The position numbers were made by a program, and so were the translations under genes. The notes under the pieces are model-generated. The model was not told the DNA's origin. It did no database searches and saw only the letters and a list, made by a program, of their open reading frames with translations. This document shows positions 1-10,080 of a stretch of DNA of 32,000 nucleotides, piece after piece. Every line of letters starts with the position of its first letter. Position 1 is the stretch's first letter. Source of the stretch: Candidatus Saccharimonadota bacterium (lineage in GTDB: Bacteria; Patescibacteriota; Gracilibacteria; BD1-5; UBA6164); contig OZ245768.1 of assembly GCA_965227835.1 (NCBI GenBank), forward strand, positions 450,001-482,000. Direction: 5' to 3'.

Positions 1-208
1 ACCATTCAAGTCAGGAATCATCTTCTATTCTTTCATCTAAAAGAGTTTTTATTTCTTTTAATTTTTCCTTTATTTCAGTATTTGCTTCCAGATTTCAAAT
101 TTCTATATTGTCTGATTCTCAAGAATTATTGAGTCACCCTGGATTTTCTAAGCTATTTTTTAATAGACTTTTAAAGACATTAATCTCTGTTTTTATTAAA
201 TTAAACAT
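1..208 (-). CDS. hypothetical protein, N-terminal part (gene continues beyond the left edge)
   Basis: Minus-strand ATG at complement of 206-208. Open to the window edge under table 25, with 4 in-frame TGA. Starts MFNLIKTEINVFKSLLKNSLENPGGLNNSGESDNIEIGNLEANTEIKEKLKEIKTLLDERIEDDSGLEW. No family recognised. Confidence 0.4.
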
Positions 209-361
209 AATTTTTATTTTAAAATATTATTATTTTTATAATTTTAACATAAATGTATGTAATAAGTCAAAAATTTACTTAGATTTTTTTGATGTTCTCC
301 AAATCTTGCTTTTTAGAAAAAATTAATATGATTTTATAAAATATAAAAAATTCATATTTTA

Positions 362-2695
362 ATGACTAATTTGGAAAAAATATTACAAGAAAACTTTTGA
401 CTGGAAAGTTTTAGAGAATGACAAAAAGAAATTTGTGAGAGTGTTATTTCTGGGAAAGACACTCTTGTTTTTATGCCTACTTGATGATGAAAATCTCTTA
501 CTTATCAGCTTCCATGACTTGTACTTGATTGACTGGTTGTAGTAATCTCTCCTCTTATATCACTTATGAAAGATCAAGTTGATAGCCTTACAGAAATATG
601 AATAAAAGCAAAACTTATAAACTCAACAATAGACTCAAATGACATATCCCTTATTTTATCTGAACTTGAAAACTCTACTTCAAATCCAATAAAATTTTTA
701 TACATAGCTCCCGAAAGACTTAACTCACCTAAATTTTTAAATGTAATAAACAGATTAAAAGTAGCTTTGGTTGCAATAGATGAAGCTCATTGTATAAGCC
801 AATGGGGTCATGATTTTAGACCAAGCTATATGAAAATACTTGGTTTTTTAAATAGCTTGAAAACTAAAGATAATTTCCCAACAATAGCTCTCACTGCTAC
901 TGCTACTAAAAAAGTGAGAAATGACATAATAGAAAGACTTGATATATCATGAGCAAATATCTTTACCAAATGATTTGATAGAAAAAATATAACCATAATT
1001 GTCAGAGAAATATCAGAAAAACAAAAGAAATTTTGAAAGGTTTTAGAAATATTGGATAAAACAAAATGATCAGGGATAATTTATTGTTCTAGTAGAAAAT
1101 CAGTGGATGAGGTATATGAACTTATGCAAGATTATCGTGTAAAAGCTGGAAAATATACATGAGCTATGACCCCAGAACTTAGAGAAGAAATGCAGAATAA
1201 ATTTATGAATTGAGAATACAAAGCGATAATAGCAACTAATGCTTTTTGAATGTGAATTGATAAAAAAGATATAAGGTTTGTAATCCATTTTAATCTTCCT
1301 GGGAGTATAGAAAATTATTATCAAGAAATAGGTAGGTCTTGAAGAGATTGAGAAAATAGTTTTGCTGTAGCTTTAGCTAGTTATTGAGACACAAAAATAC
1401 AAGAGTTTTTTATAGAAAATACTTACCCTTCCAAAGAAGAAGTACTTAAATTATATGATTATTTATATAGAGATTTCAAAATATGACAGTGAACAAATCA
1501 TAGTATATCTATGACTTTACACCAGCTAGCTAGTCATAGCTGAATACAAAATGATATGAGAGTTTGAAATATTATAAAGATACTTGATAAATACAATATA
1601 CTATCTAGATGAGTTAGTGATAGTGATAGGGAAGAGGGATTTAGATGAAAATGACTTGTTTTATTGCAAGAAAAAAGAAATCATAGCCATATACTTATTG
1701 ATTGGAAAAAACAAGATTTATTGAAGGATGAAGCTTATTTTAAACTTGAACAAATAAAAAGATTACTTTTTTATCCAAGTTGTAGAAAAAGATTTATTTT
1801 AGAATATTTTTGAGATGAAGAAGACCTTCAAAGTCTTCCAGAGAATTGTGGAGCATGTGATTTTTGTATTGATAGAAAGAAATTTGAAAAATCTCCTTCA
1901 AAAGAATTAATACCTGTCTCTACATTTGTTTTAATTTTGGAAACCGTAAAAAAATATGATGAAAGGTTTTGACAGGTACTTATTAGAAAAACTCTTGAAT
2001 GAAGTGAGGATAAAAAATTAATTCAAAATAAGCTAGATACATGGGATCATTATTGAGCTTTGTCTAATTATTCTAGAGATGCTATTTCAGCAATGATAGA
2101 TTCTCTTAGATTTGAATGATATTTATACAAAACAAATTGAACTTACCCTATGGTTTGAATAACAGAACTTTGATCTGCCGTTATAGTTAGAAATAAAGCA
2201 TTAAAAGAGGCACTTGAGGAATTAAATACTTATGTAGTTTGAAAAGTTTGACTTAATATTCATAAAAGTAAATCATCTAAATCTAAAAGTGTCAAGAAAA
2301 ATAATAAAAATATTTCAAATAATGACAGTGATACTTACAAGCAAACCTTAATTTTAGTAAAAGGTTATTTTTCTTATGCTTCTCAAAAAGGTTTAAATAT
2401 TTCCAGTAAAGAATTAATTGACTATGTATCAAAAAATAGATGATTTTGAACAAGTACTATAGAATGACATATAGCAAAACTTTATGATGATTGAGAATTG
2501 GGTTTAGTGGAAATTTTAAAAATAACTTCTTTATCTAATATAAAAAAAATTAAAGAAGTTATAAATGATAAGCTTTCTTGAGATGTTGAACTTTTGAAAC
2601 CTATTAAAGAAGAACTTGAAAATAGCTGAAATAAAGATATATGATACTTTGATATAAAAATAGCTTTAACTATGATGAAAAAATGAGATATATAA
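362..2695 (+). CDS. recQ: ATP-dependent DNA helicase RecQ (777 aa, long C-terminal extension)
   Basis: ATG at 362, TAA at 2693-2695, open only if TGA is a sense codon. N-terminus [77 protein letters not shown] box [20 protein letters not shown] (this is the 767-952 fragment in the ORF track). Zn-finger-like ENCGACDFC. Three consecutive TGA at 482-490 encode the Walker-A GGG. Confidence 0.9.
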
Positions 2696-2721
2696 GTTTA
2701 AGGGGCTCCTTAAGTATTAGA

Positions 2722-2741
2722 CAAGGGGTCTTGACCCCTTG
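2722..2741. terminator. GC-rich palindromic hairpin CAAGGGGTCTTGACCCCTTG between convergent recQ and ychF
   Basis: 7-bp G/C-rich stem with a 6-nt loop in AT-rich surroundings, 27 nt after the recQ stop. Followed by CCTTGCAAAA-type short repeats (2739-2785). The same core occurs at 16517-16536 and 18756-18775. The U-tract is weak. Confidence 0.45.
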
Positions 2742-2980
2742 CAAAACCTTGCTCTTTTGCAAAACCTTGACTCCTTGCAAAGTCCTTTTTTCTCACAAAT
2801 CTCTAATGCTTTCTTGTTAGGAATTATTTAAAAAGTTAATATTTTTATCATATATTTTTGATATTATTTCATTATCTAAAAAGATATTTCTACTATAGTA
2901 AACTAACTTGTGGGTTATCTTACTATATATGATGAATAAACTTGGTAACCTTTTTCAAAAAAATAAACTTCTTACAAGAT

Positions 2981-3192
2981 CAAAGGGCTAAAGTCCTCTG
3001 TTGACAAACAACAAAAAATTGTTTTCTAGATTAAAATTGTGTTTTAAGATATTCTAACCTGCAAGTTAATTTACTATAAATAATTTTTCAGGTGTTTTTA
3101 AAAAATAAAAATTCATTTTTCAACAGAAGGCTTTAGCCTTTTGGAATTCAAAACAATACTTCTTTTTTAAACAGAAGACTTTAGCCTTTTAA
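2981..3192. repeat. three copies of a REP-like hairpin element (consensus about TCAACAGAAGGCTTTAGCCTTTTGG)
   Basis: Copies at 2981-3005 (inverted orientation, caaagggctaaagtcctctgttgac), 3121-3144 (caacagaaggctttagccttttgg) and 3169-3192 (aaacagaagactttagccttttaa). The core AAGGC-NNNN-GCCTT stem extends to about 8 bp with G-U pairs. Confidence 0.6.
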
Positions 3193-3228
3193 AGTATAAA
3201 GACATAAAAATCCTCTGTACAAAAATTT

Positions 3229-4311
3229 TTAATTATTAAATTTAAAAAGAAGCACATCTCAATCTTTTACTACATATTGCTTTCATTCTAAACTTACCTT
3301 TCAAGCTTCACGAGCTCCTGACCATCAATTGTAAGATATTAAATCCTCCCAAGATACTCTATCTGCTTTTATAAATCATTTTTCAAAATCAGTGTGTATT
3401 ACTCAAGCTGCTTTTGGTGCCGTATCTCATTTTTTTATTGTCCAAGCTTTTACCTCCTTTTCTCATGCTGTAAAATAATACATCAATCCTAAAGCCTCAT
3501 AAGAAGCTTTTATTAAATCATCAAGTCCTGTAGAATTTAATCACATATCATTTAAAAAATCTATTCTTTCTTGTTCGCTCATTTCTATCATATCTGATTC
3601 AAGTTTCGCACAAATAGGTATCACTTTTTGATCTTTTGAAACTCAAATCAAATTTCTTAACTCTTCTTTTGATATATTCATCATTTCTTCTGATACATTA
3701 CAAGCATAAATAAAAGTCTTATTTGTAAGTAAATGTAAATCCTTTATCACTTCCAATTCTTCTGGAGATAAATCTATATTTATAGCTAAAACTCACTTGG
3801 ATAAATCTTCTAATATCTTTTTATATGTTTGAACTGCAAAATATATATCTTTATCACTCTTAGCTTTCCTTTCATCATTTAATATTCTTTTATTTACTGT
3901 CTCTATATCAGCCATTATAAGTTCTGTGTTTATTATATCTATATCTGATTTTGGATTTATATTTCAGTTAACATGTATTATATCTTTATCTTCAAATACT
4001 CTTACAACTTGAAGAATAGAATCAACTTCTCTTATGTGAGATAAAAATTTATTACCCAATCACTCTCAAACACTAGCTCATTTTACTATACCAGCTATAT
4101 CTGTAAACTCACAAGTAGCAGGAACGATTTTTTCTCAGTTTACAACTCATCTTATTTTTTCCAGTCTATCATCAGATACATTTACGATTCAAACATTGGG
4201 TTCTATAGTACAAAATGGAAAGTTTTGTGAATCTGCTGAGTAGTTTTTAGTCAAAGCATTAAAAAGTGTGGATTTTCAAACATTTGGTAATCATACTATT
4301 CCTATTTTCAT
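3229..4311 (-). CDS. ychF: ribosome-binding ATPase YchF (360 aa)
   Basis: Reverse-strand translation [109 protein letters not shown]-terminus [13 protein letters not shown] then stop. Length 1083 nt, divisible by 3. The P-loop glycines are TGA. Confidence 0.92.
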
Positions 4312-4550
4312 AATATCTTATTTTTAAAAAATTTTTAAAAAATTATATAAAAATAGATTTTTAAATCAAAAAAGAAAGAATTATTTTATAGTATTGGCTT
4401 ACAATAAGCTTTATTTCATATTTTTATGTTTGACCGTACAAAATATTTATACAAAATTTTGTAGAGCTATTCAAAAAAGTTTAGACAATAAAAAAATCCT
4501 ATCTTTTCTTTATATATAGGTATTATTTGTTGATTATTTTATTAATTAAT

Positions 4551-4645
4551 TCAAAGCATTATATTTGACAAATTTAATTAAATAATTATAATGGAATAAT
4601 ATCAAAGCATTATATTTGACAAATTTAATTAAATAATTATAATGG
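4551..4645 (+). promoter_or_regulatory. tandemly duplicated sigma70-like promoter (two 44-bp copies)
   Basis: tcaaagcattatatttgacaaatttaattaaataattataatgg occurs at 4551-4594 and identically at 4602-4645. Each copy has TTGACA (4565-4570, 4616-4621), a 16-nt spacer and TATAAT (4587-4592, 4638-4643). It lies about 50 nt upstream of the ATG at 4697. Confidence 0.5.
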
Positions 4646-4696
4646 TGTTATGCTATAATAATTTATAGTAAAATTTATTTTTTTAATTTTAATTTT

Positions 4697-5245
4697 ATGG
4701 AAGCAAGTATAAATAATGAAAATTGATTAAATATTCATAATAGTCAAAATCAAGCAAATTTATTAAAAGGGAGTAGGAGTGAAAAAGCTGTAAATAGCAC
4801 TAAAAGCAAAGTATCTGGAACTCTATCTTTAAATGATAAAGCCTGGATAAAACTATCAAAACTTAATGAGGATGAGATTTTTGAAACAATTGCAACTAAA
4901 TTTAATAAACTTTCTGAAAATGTTTCTAGAAAAACTTCACCATCTGGTAGCCCTATGTATTATTATAATGAAATTAAAGCTTTAATTAGAGTTGCAAATT
5001 CTAAAAATGCTGATGTAAGTGAGATTGAAATACAAATGCCTGAATTATATAAAATGGTTTTACCGAAAGAAGCAGAAAGGTTATTGAGTATCCTAGAAAG
5101 ACCTTCATTTAAACGTGGAGATTCTGATTCTTCTGTTTTACTTAGTAAACTTGAACATATAGTTGAAGAATCGAAAAATATAGTTAATTTATGAGAAACA
5201 AAAAGAATTTTAAAGTATTATCAAAAATATTGATTAGTTGCTTAA
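4697..5245 (+). CDS. hypothetical protein (182 aa)
   Basis: ATG 4697, TAA 5243-5245. In frame with the ORF-track fragment 4955-5194, which ends at a TGA. Starts MEASINNENGLNIHNSQNQANLLKGSRSEK and ends NLGETKRILKYYQKYGLVA. No family recognised. Confidence 0.6.
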
Positions 5246-5401
5246 TATTTTATAAAAATTTTTATATAGTAATTATGGAATTAATTTCTGTGATTACTAT
5301 TTTTTTATCTCAAAATTTTAAGTATATTAATAAAACTTGAAATAAAAGCCCCTATTTTTATCTTGAAAAATTAATTTCTAAAAAGAACAATGCTTTTATT
5401 T

Positions 5402-5512
5402 TTCTAAAGGGTCATCTGCAAAATTAACATCAATTAAAAAGTAATCTTTTTTGCTAATTTTCACTAAAGAATTTTTTTTGCTTAGAATAACTAAACAAAA
5501 AATTTTTGTTTG
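5402..5512 (+). repeat. intergenic repeat family X, copy 1 (carries promoter-like TTCACT-N17-TAGAAT)
   Basis: About 110 bp homologous to the reverse complement of 9749-9857. Shared core aatcttttttgctaatttt[c/g]act...gcttagaata[a/g]ctaaacaaaaaatttt. The -35-like element is at 5460-5465 and the -10-like at 5483-5488, upstream of the CDS at 5570. Confidence 0.5.
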
Positions 5513-5569
5513 ACTCTTTTGAAAATAATATTATAGTAGCTTTGCTTTATTATATAAAATATATATCAA

Positions 5570-6751
5570 ATGACAATAGAAACAAGCAGTGATGATTTTC
5601 ATCATATACAAATACCAAAAACTACTGGATTTGCTTTAGTGGACCAGGAGTTTTTTTTATGAAAATCTCCTAGATTGAAAAGAATTCTTGATAAATCTTG
5701 GAACCTAATGGATAAAAAAAGTGTTATGGAGATAGCACATGCTCATGTGGATAGGGGGTTGACTGATATTAGTGAATATCATAGCCAATGACAATTTGAT
5801 CCCTCTATAATGACTCTTCCAGAGAAACAGGATGTAACTGAAGAAGCATCTAAAATAGCTTATACTAAAGAATCTATTAATAGTAGAGTTTCAGAATTGA
5901 TGGATTATTATTTTAATGGGTGGTGAGTTAGTACTTTCACTACTTTTACAAACATATGAATCAATATGTGAAATGATTGATTATTTGTGTTGAAAACTAT
6001 GGACTCACTGAAAAAGAAATACCCTAATCTTATAAATATTTCATATCCTATGTTTTGATTTAGAGATGATAAACCAGAAAGACAGGAAATACTTAATAAT
6101 TCTTTAAAATATGCGAGTGGTATAGGTACTCTACCTGAAAGAGATGAAGCAGAAAATCATATATGATTTAAATCTAATATAGAGAGAACTGCTTTAAAAG
6201 CTTTGGAAGAAGAAAAACCTTTACATATTCATTTAGATCAAACAAATACTCCTAGTGAAAATTGATCAGAGATGGCTATGGAGGTAATATCTAGTATAGA
6301 GAAGATATATAAAAATCCTTTACTTCATGAATATATAAATCCTAACACAAACCAAAAAGAGCCTTTTATATGGTTTGTACATGTTATAAGTCCTTCTTGT
6401 TATGATAATGATAGATTTAACAAATTGGCTGAAAATATGAAAAAACATAATATATGATTAATTGTATGTCCTTCTGCTGCCGTATCTATGAAACAACATA
6501 GAAATATTGTTGCACCTATACATAATTCTATAGCTAGAGTAGTTGATTTTCTCATAGCAGGTGTATATGTGAAGATGTGAATAGATAATATAGGAGATAT
6601 TTATCTTCCTATGACTTGAGATCCTTTGTATGAAATTCGCTTATTGGCAGATTCTCTTAGGATTTATGATGAAAACGTTATAGCTAATATAGTTGCTTGA
6701 AATAGAATTCCAGAAGATTTAAGAGAGTTTATGATGGATAGATATGTTTAG
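5570..6751 (+). CDS. amidohydrolase-superfamily protein, cytosine-deaminase (CodA)-like (393 aa)
   Basis: ATG 5570, TAG 6749-6751, in frame with the ORF-track fragment 6272-6457. Metal-ligand pattern: AHAHVD (HxH), LHIHLDQTN (compare CodA HCDEIDD), VHVIS, CPSAAVSM, and MGIDNIGDIYLPMTGDP (compare CodA GHDDVFDPWYPLG). Confidence 0.7.
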
Positions 6752-6774
6752 TTATCTAAAGAATTATGTTTTTC

Positions 6775-7500
6775 TTTCCCAAAAGGCTAAAGCCTTCTGT
6801 TGATAAATATAGTCTTACCTTGTATTCCAAAAGGCTGAAGCTTTCTGTTGAAAATATCATATTAATGAGAACTTAAAAAATTAATATTCTTCATAAAAAA
6901 CAATCCTTTTATTCTCAATCAACAGAGAGCTTTAGCTCTCTGCTTTTATAATAATTTTTTTTTGAAGAAAGTTTCTCGATTTACATCGAGGATACTTTTA
7001 GTTTTGAATTCCAAAAGAATAAAAGCTTCTGTTGATAAAATGTGATCTTATTTTGTATTTCAAAAGGCTAAAGCCTTCTGTTGAAAATATCATATTAATG
7101 AGAACTTAAAAAATTAATATTCTTCATAAAAAACAATCCTTTTATTCTCAATCAACAGAGAGCTTTAGCTCTCTGCTTTTATAATAATTTTTTTTGAAGA
7201 AAGTTTCCCGATTTACATCGAGGATACTTTTAGTTTTGAATTCCAAAAGAATAAAAGCTTCTGTTGATAAAATGTGATCTTATTTTGTATTTCAAAAGGC
7301 TAAAGCCTTCTGTTGAAAATATCATATTAATGAGAACTTAAAAAATTAATATTCTTCATAAAAAACAATCCTTTTATTCTCAATCAACAGAGAGCTTTAG
7401 CTCTCTGCTTTTATAATAATTTTTTTTGAAGAAAGTTTCCCGATTTACATCGAGGATACTTTTAGTTTTGAATTCCAAAAGAATAAAAGCTTCTGTTGAT
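6775..7500. repeat. tandem array, about 3.1 copies of a 232-233-bp unit built from REP-like hairpins
   Basis: Unit starts at about 6827, 7060 and 7292 (measured offsets 233 and 232 bp), preceded by a diverged partial unit at 6775-6826. Copies 2 and 3 are near-identical. Each unit carries three REP-like hairpins (ccaaaaggctaaagccttctgttga, caacagagagctttagctctctgc, ccaaaagaataaaagcttctgttga) plus a tcgatttacatcga hairpin. No ORF in any frame. Confidence 0.85.
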
Positions 7501-7504
7501 AAAT

Positions 7505-8662
7505 TTATTTCATTTTTAATTTAAATATTTCTCTTCATACAAATTGTTTTTGTCTTTTGTAAAAGAGACTTCAATATTTACTTTCCTTTATATTAAAGCT
7601 TTCAGGAAAAAAAGATAATACATGGCAGTATTTATCTAGTATTTTATATATTTCTTCAAAAAATATATACTTTCAATCTAAATCCCAAAAGGGGAATGAG
7701 ATAACTATATGTCAGCCAAATCATCATTTTTTTAAACTTTCAAAAAATGATAAATATATCTTTTCCAGTGATTTTTTGTTTTTCTCAATTCTATCTATAC
7801 TTATATTTTTTTTCGTCATTATTTCTCATAAAAATCATTCTGTAACAATTACTCATTTTTTTATTTCTTCAAAATAACTAAACTCAGATACAAATTTAGC
7901 ATTTAGCTTTTCTATTATTGCATTTGAGTTTTTTTTGGAGGCAATAACCATTTTTTCGTTTGTATCACTTCAATATATATTTTTTATTCACATTCCTTTT
8001 GCTTCAATAAGTACTGTTCATAATCAAACAAAAGGATCATATAGCGAGTTTATTTCTTTATCTTTGTTAATGTTTCTTGAAAGATTTATCATAATTTGAG
8101 ATAGTTTTGGTGGAAGCATTCATATTTGCATATCTCTTGATTTAGAATAATCCCTTTTTGAATAAGAGTTTATATCCTGTATCCATATTGTTTTTCAAAA
8201 AAAGTATTTTCAATTTATGTTTGCTATATTTAAATCAAATCCTTTTTCTATAAGTTTGTTTGATATTATTGTTGCTGATGATAAGTTTTGATTATTTTTA
8301 TTTACAAACCTGCAAGATATATTTTCTTTTTTTAATTCTTTTTTCGTTGATGTAAGAAGTTTTGATATTTCTTTTCAGTCTTGAGGGAAAGTATTTATAG
8401 AATAGTTAAACTTGGATTTATGAGTTTTTCATATATTTATTAAATATTTTTCAATATCTTTCTGTTTTGATCCTTCTTTGACTTCAAATACTTTTATTAT
8501 TCATCACATATTTAAAGATTTTGATAATATTTCTTCTTTTTTTATTCACTTTGTGATTACAATATTTTTTGAATTATAAAAAATCTCTGCTTGGGGAAAT
8601 ACAGATAGTATTTCAGCTGTGCAGAGTTTGTATTCTCTTCATATAACAAATCAATAAAGCAT
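7505..8662 (-). CDS. SAM-dependent RNA methyltransferase (UPF0020/Trm11-RlmL-like), 385 aa
   Basis: Reverse-strand ATG at 8660-8662 directly abuts the adk stop (TAAATG). Stop at 7505-7507. Motifs YSKRDYSKSRDMQIGMLPPKLSQIMINL and SAM motif I LYDPFVGLGTVLIEAKG. 1158 nt, divisible by 3. Confidence 0.72.
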
Positions 8663-9280
8663 TTATTTTAAATTTAATTTTTTAGTTAATTCTAAAAATA
8701 CTTCTTCTATGCTTTTATCAGCATCTATGGATAATATTTTTCACTCACTTTTTTGTATTTCAACTATAGGTAGGGTTTTTTCTTCAAATTCAGATATTCT
8801 TTTTAGAATAGAGTTTTTATTTTTATCATCATCTCTTTTTACAAGTTTTTTTCAAGTTTTTGGGTTTATTTTAGTTCAAGCAGGGAATGTTTCTCAGGTT
8901 TCATCATCATACATTCTTCAAAATAATCTTTCCTTAGCTTTTTCCACAGATATTTCAAAAAATATAGTTTTGTAGTTTGGTATCATACTATCAAATATTT
9001 CTTTATTCCAAGAGTTTCTTATAAATGAATCAAATATAACTTTGTCTTTTTCTTTGTATTTAAGAATAATTTTCTCCATTATAGGTTTTCACAAATCTGA
9101 GTTTATTTGACAACCAGAATCCATTATTTTTTTTAATTTTTTTCATGTTTTATTTCAAGAGCTTATTATTTTTCTAAATTCTCATCACATTTCTACTAAA
9201 CTAAAATCGTATTTTTCTGCTAAAATTCTTGCTTGGGTTCATTTTCAACATCATTGTATTCATGTAAAAACTATATGCAT
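8663..9280 (-). CDS. adk: adenylate kinase (205 aa)
   Basis: MHIVFTGIQGCGKGTQARILAEKYDFSLVEMGGEFRKIISSGNKTGKKLKKIMDSG, ending SIEEVFLELTKKLNLK. Four P-loop glycines are TGA. 618 nt. Confidence 0.9.
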
Positions 9281-9342
9281 AATTTAAATTAATCAAAAAT
9301 TAAAAATCAAAGACAACGAGTCTTCAATTTATTTTTTATAAA

Positions 9343-9713
9343 AATGCAAGAGTAATAAGCCGGATTTTGTATCTAGGCATCAATCTATCTAGGTTTATTG
9401 TCACCAATAAACTCAAGCTTGGTATATTTTTTTGAAGCGATAGGGAATAATAACTTCAAAGAAATACCATTCCAATTGCACCACATAAGGTTTACCGAGT
9501 CATTGACTACATTTGTAGCAAGTGTATTACACCAAATGTCTTTTCATCTTTTGGAAGTATAGGATACTTCTTAGTATTGTTTCTGTGGCACTGGCTGTAT
9601 CTATATTTTATTTTTTATTTATATAGACCGTAGTGGTTATCTACTATGCTATTCCCATGGTGTCCAGACTTTCCTCTACTCCAAATTAAGGAAAGGCTGA
9701 AGAATTACTTCGT
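9343..9713 (-). ncRNA. rnpB: RNase P RNA, bacterial type A
   Basis: A local GC-rich island. The reverse strand contains GAGGAAAGTCTGGACACC (P4 5' strand/CR-I, complement of about 9658-9680), CGGTAAACC, AGCTTGAG...CCTAGATAGATTGATGCCTAGATACAAAATCCGGCTTATTACT (P15-P18 and the P4 3' strand, compare E. coli ACAGAACCCGGCUUAUC). AGTAAT/ATTACT can form P1. The ends are approximate. Confidence 0.85.
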
Positions 9714-9748
9714 TAGGATAAAAATAAAGATTTTTTAGGTAATTTTTA

Positions 9749-9857
9749 CGAACAAAATTTTTTGTTTAGCTATTCTAAGCCAAAAATTTTTGAGTCAAAA
9801 TTAGCAAAAAAGATTATTTTTTCATAGATATTAATTTTTCAGTCTTTCCTTAAAGGA
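9749..9857 (-). repeat. intergenic repeat family X, copy 2 (promoter-like TTGACT-N15-TAGAAT facing rnpB)
   Basis: Reverse complement aligns with 5402-5512. On the minus strand the -35 TTGACT is at complement 9793-9798 and the -10 TAGAAT at complement 9772-9777. That is about 55 nt upstream of the predicted rnpB 5' end. Confidence 0.5.
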
Positions 9858-9864
9858 GCAGTAG

Positions 9865-9900
9865 ATGCCTTCTCTTGCGAGAGGCATTATATTTATTTTT
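9865..9900 (+). terminator. orphan plus-strand intrinsic terminator
   Basis: atgcc(t)tctc-ttgc-gagaggcat stem-loop at 9865-9887, followed by tatatttattttttgtttttt. No plus-strand CDS lies upstream, so it either ends a small transcript from repeat X or acts upstream of pnuC. Confidence 0.45.
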
Positions 9901-10080
9901 TGTTTTTTGCAATTTTTATGCTTATAAACTTTCTCAGACGTTAGTGATAAAAAATATTAAAAAACAAAAAATTAGATTCTCTTTTTTTTAATTTAAATTA
10001 TTTATTTTTGATATTCATCAAAAATAAATTAATATTCAAAATAAGATTTTAGTATATTAAAATATAACTGAATAAATTTT

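Noticed and set aside
5275-5427. Small 50-aa ORF (MELISVITIFLSQNFKYINKTGNKSPYFYLEKLISKKNNAFIFLKGHLQN) in the 5246-5569 spacer
   Set aside because: It has no recognisable ribosome-binding context or family. Its 3' end overlaps repeat family X, whose other copy has no equivalent ORF. It is most likely chance in AT-rich sequence.
6775-7500. Possible CRISPR array (also considered for the 60-bp periodic blocks at 24500-25130, 25790-26230 and 26941-27570)
   Set aside because: The 232-bp unit repeats as a whole with no unique spacers. The 60-bp periodic blocks are in-frame coding LRRs. No cas genes are present in the window.
9301-9342. aagac-aacga-gtctt hairpin as the rnpB terminator
   Set aside because: The stem is only 5 bp. 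It is plausible but too weak to call.
10000-10029. 13-bp perfect inverted repeat atttatttttgat-attc-atcaaaaataaat upstream of pnuC, as a possible operator or riboswitch stem
   Set aside because: It is composed almost only of A/T and has no flanking conserved riboswitch elements that I can recognise. It could easily arise by chance at this base composition.
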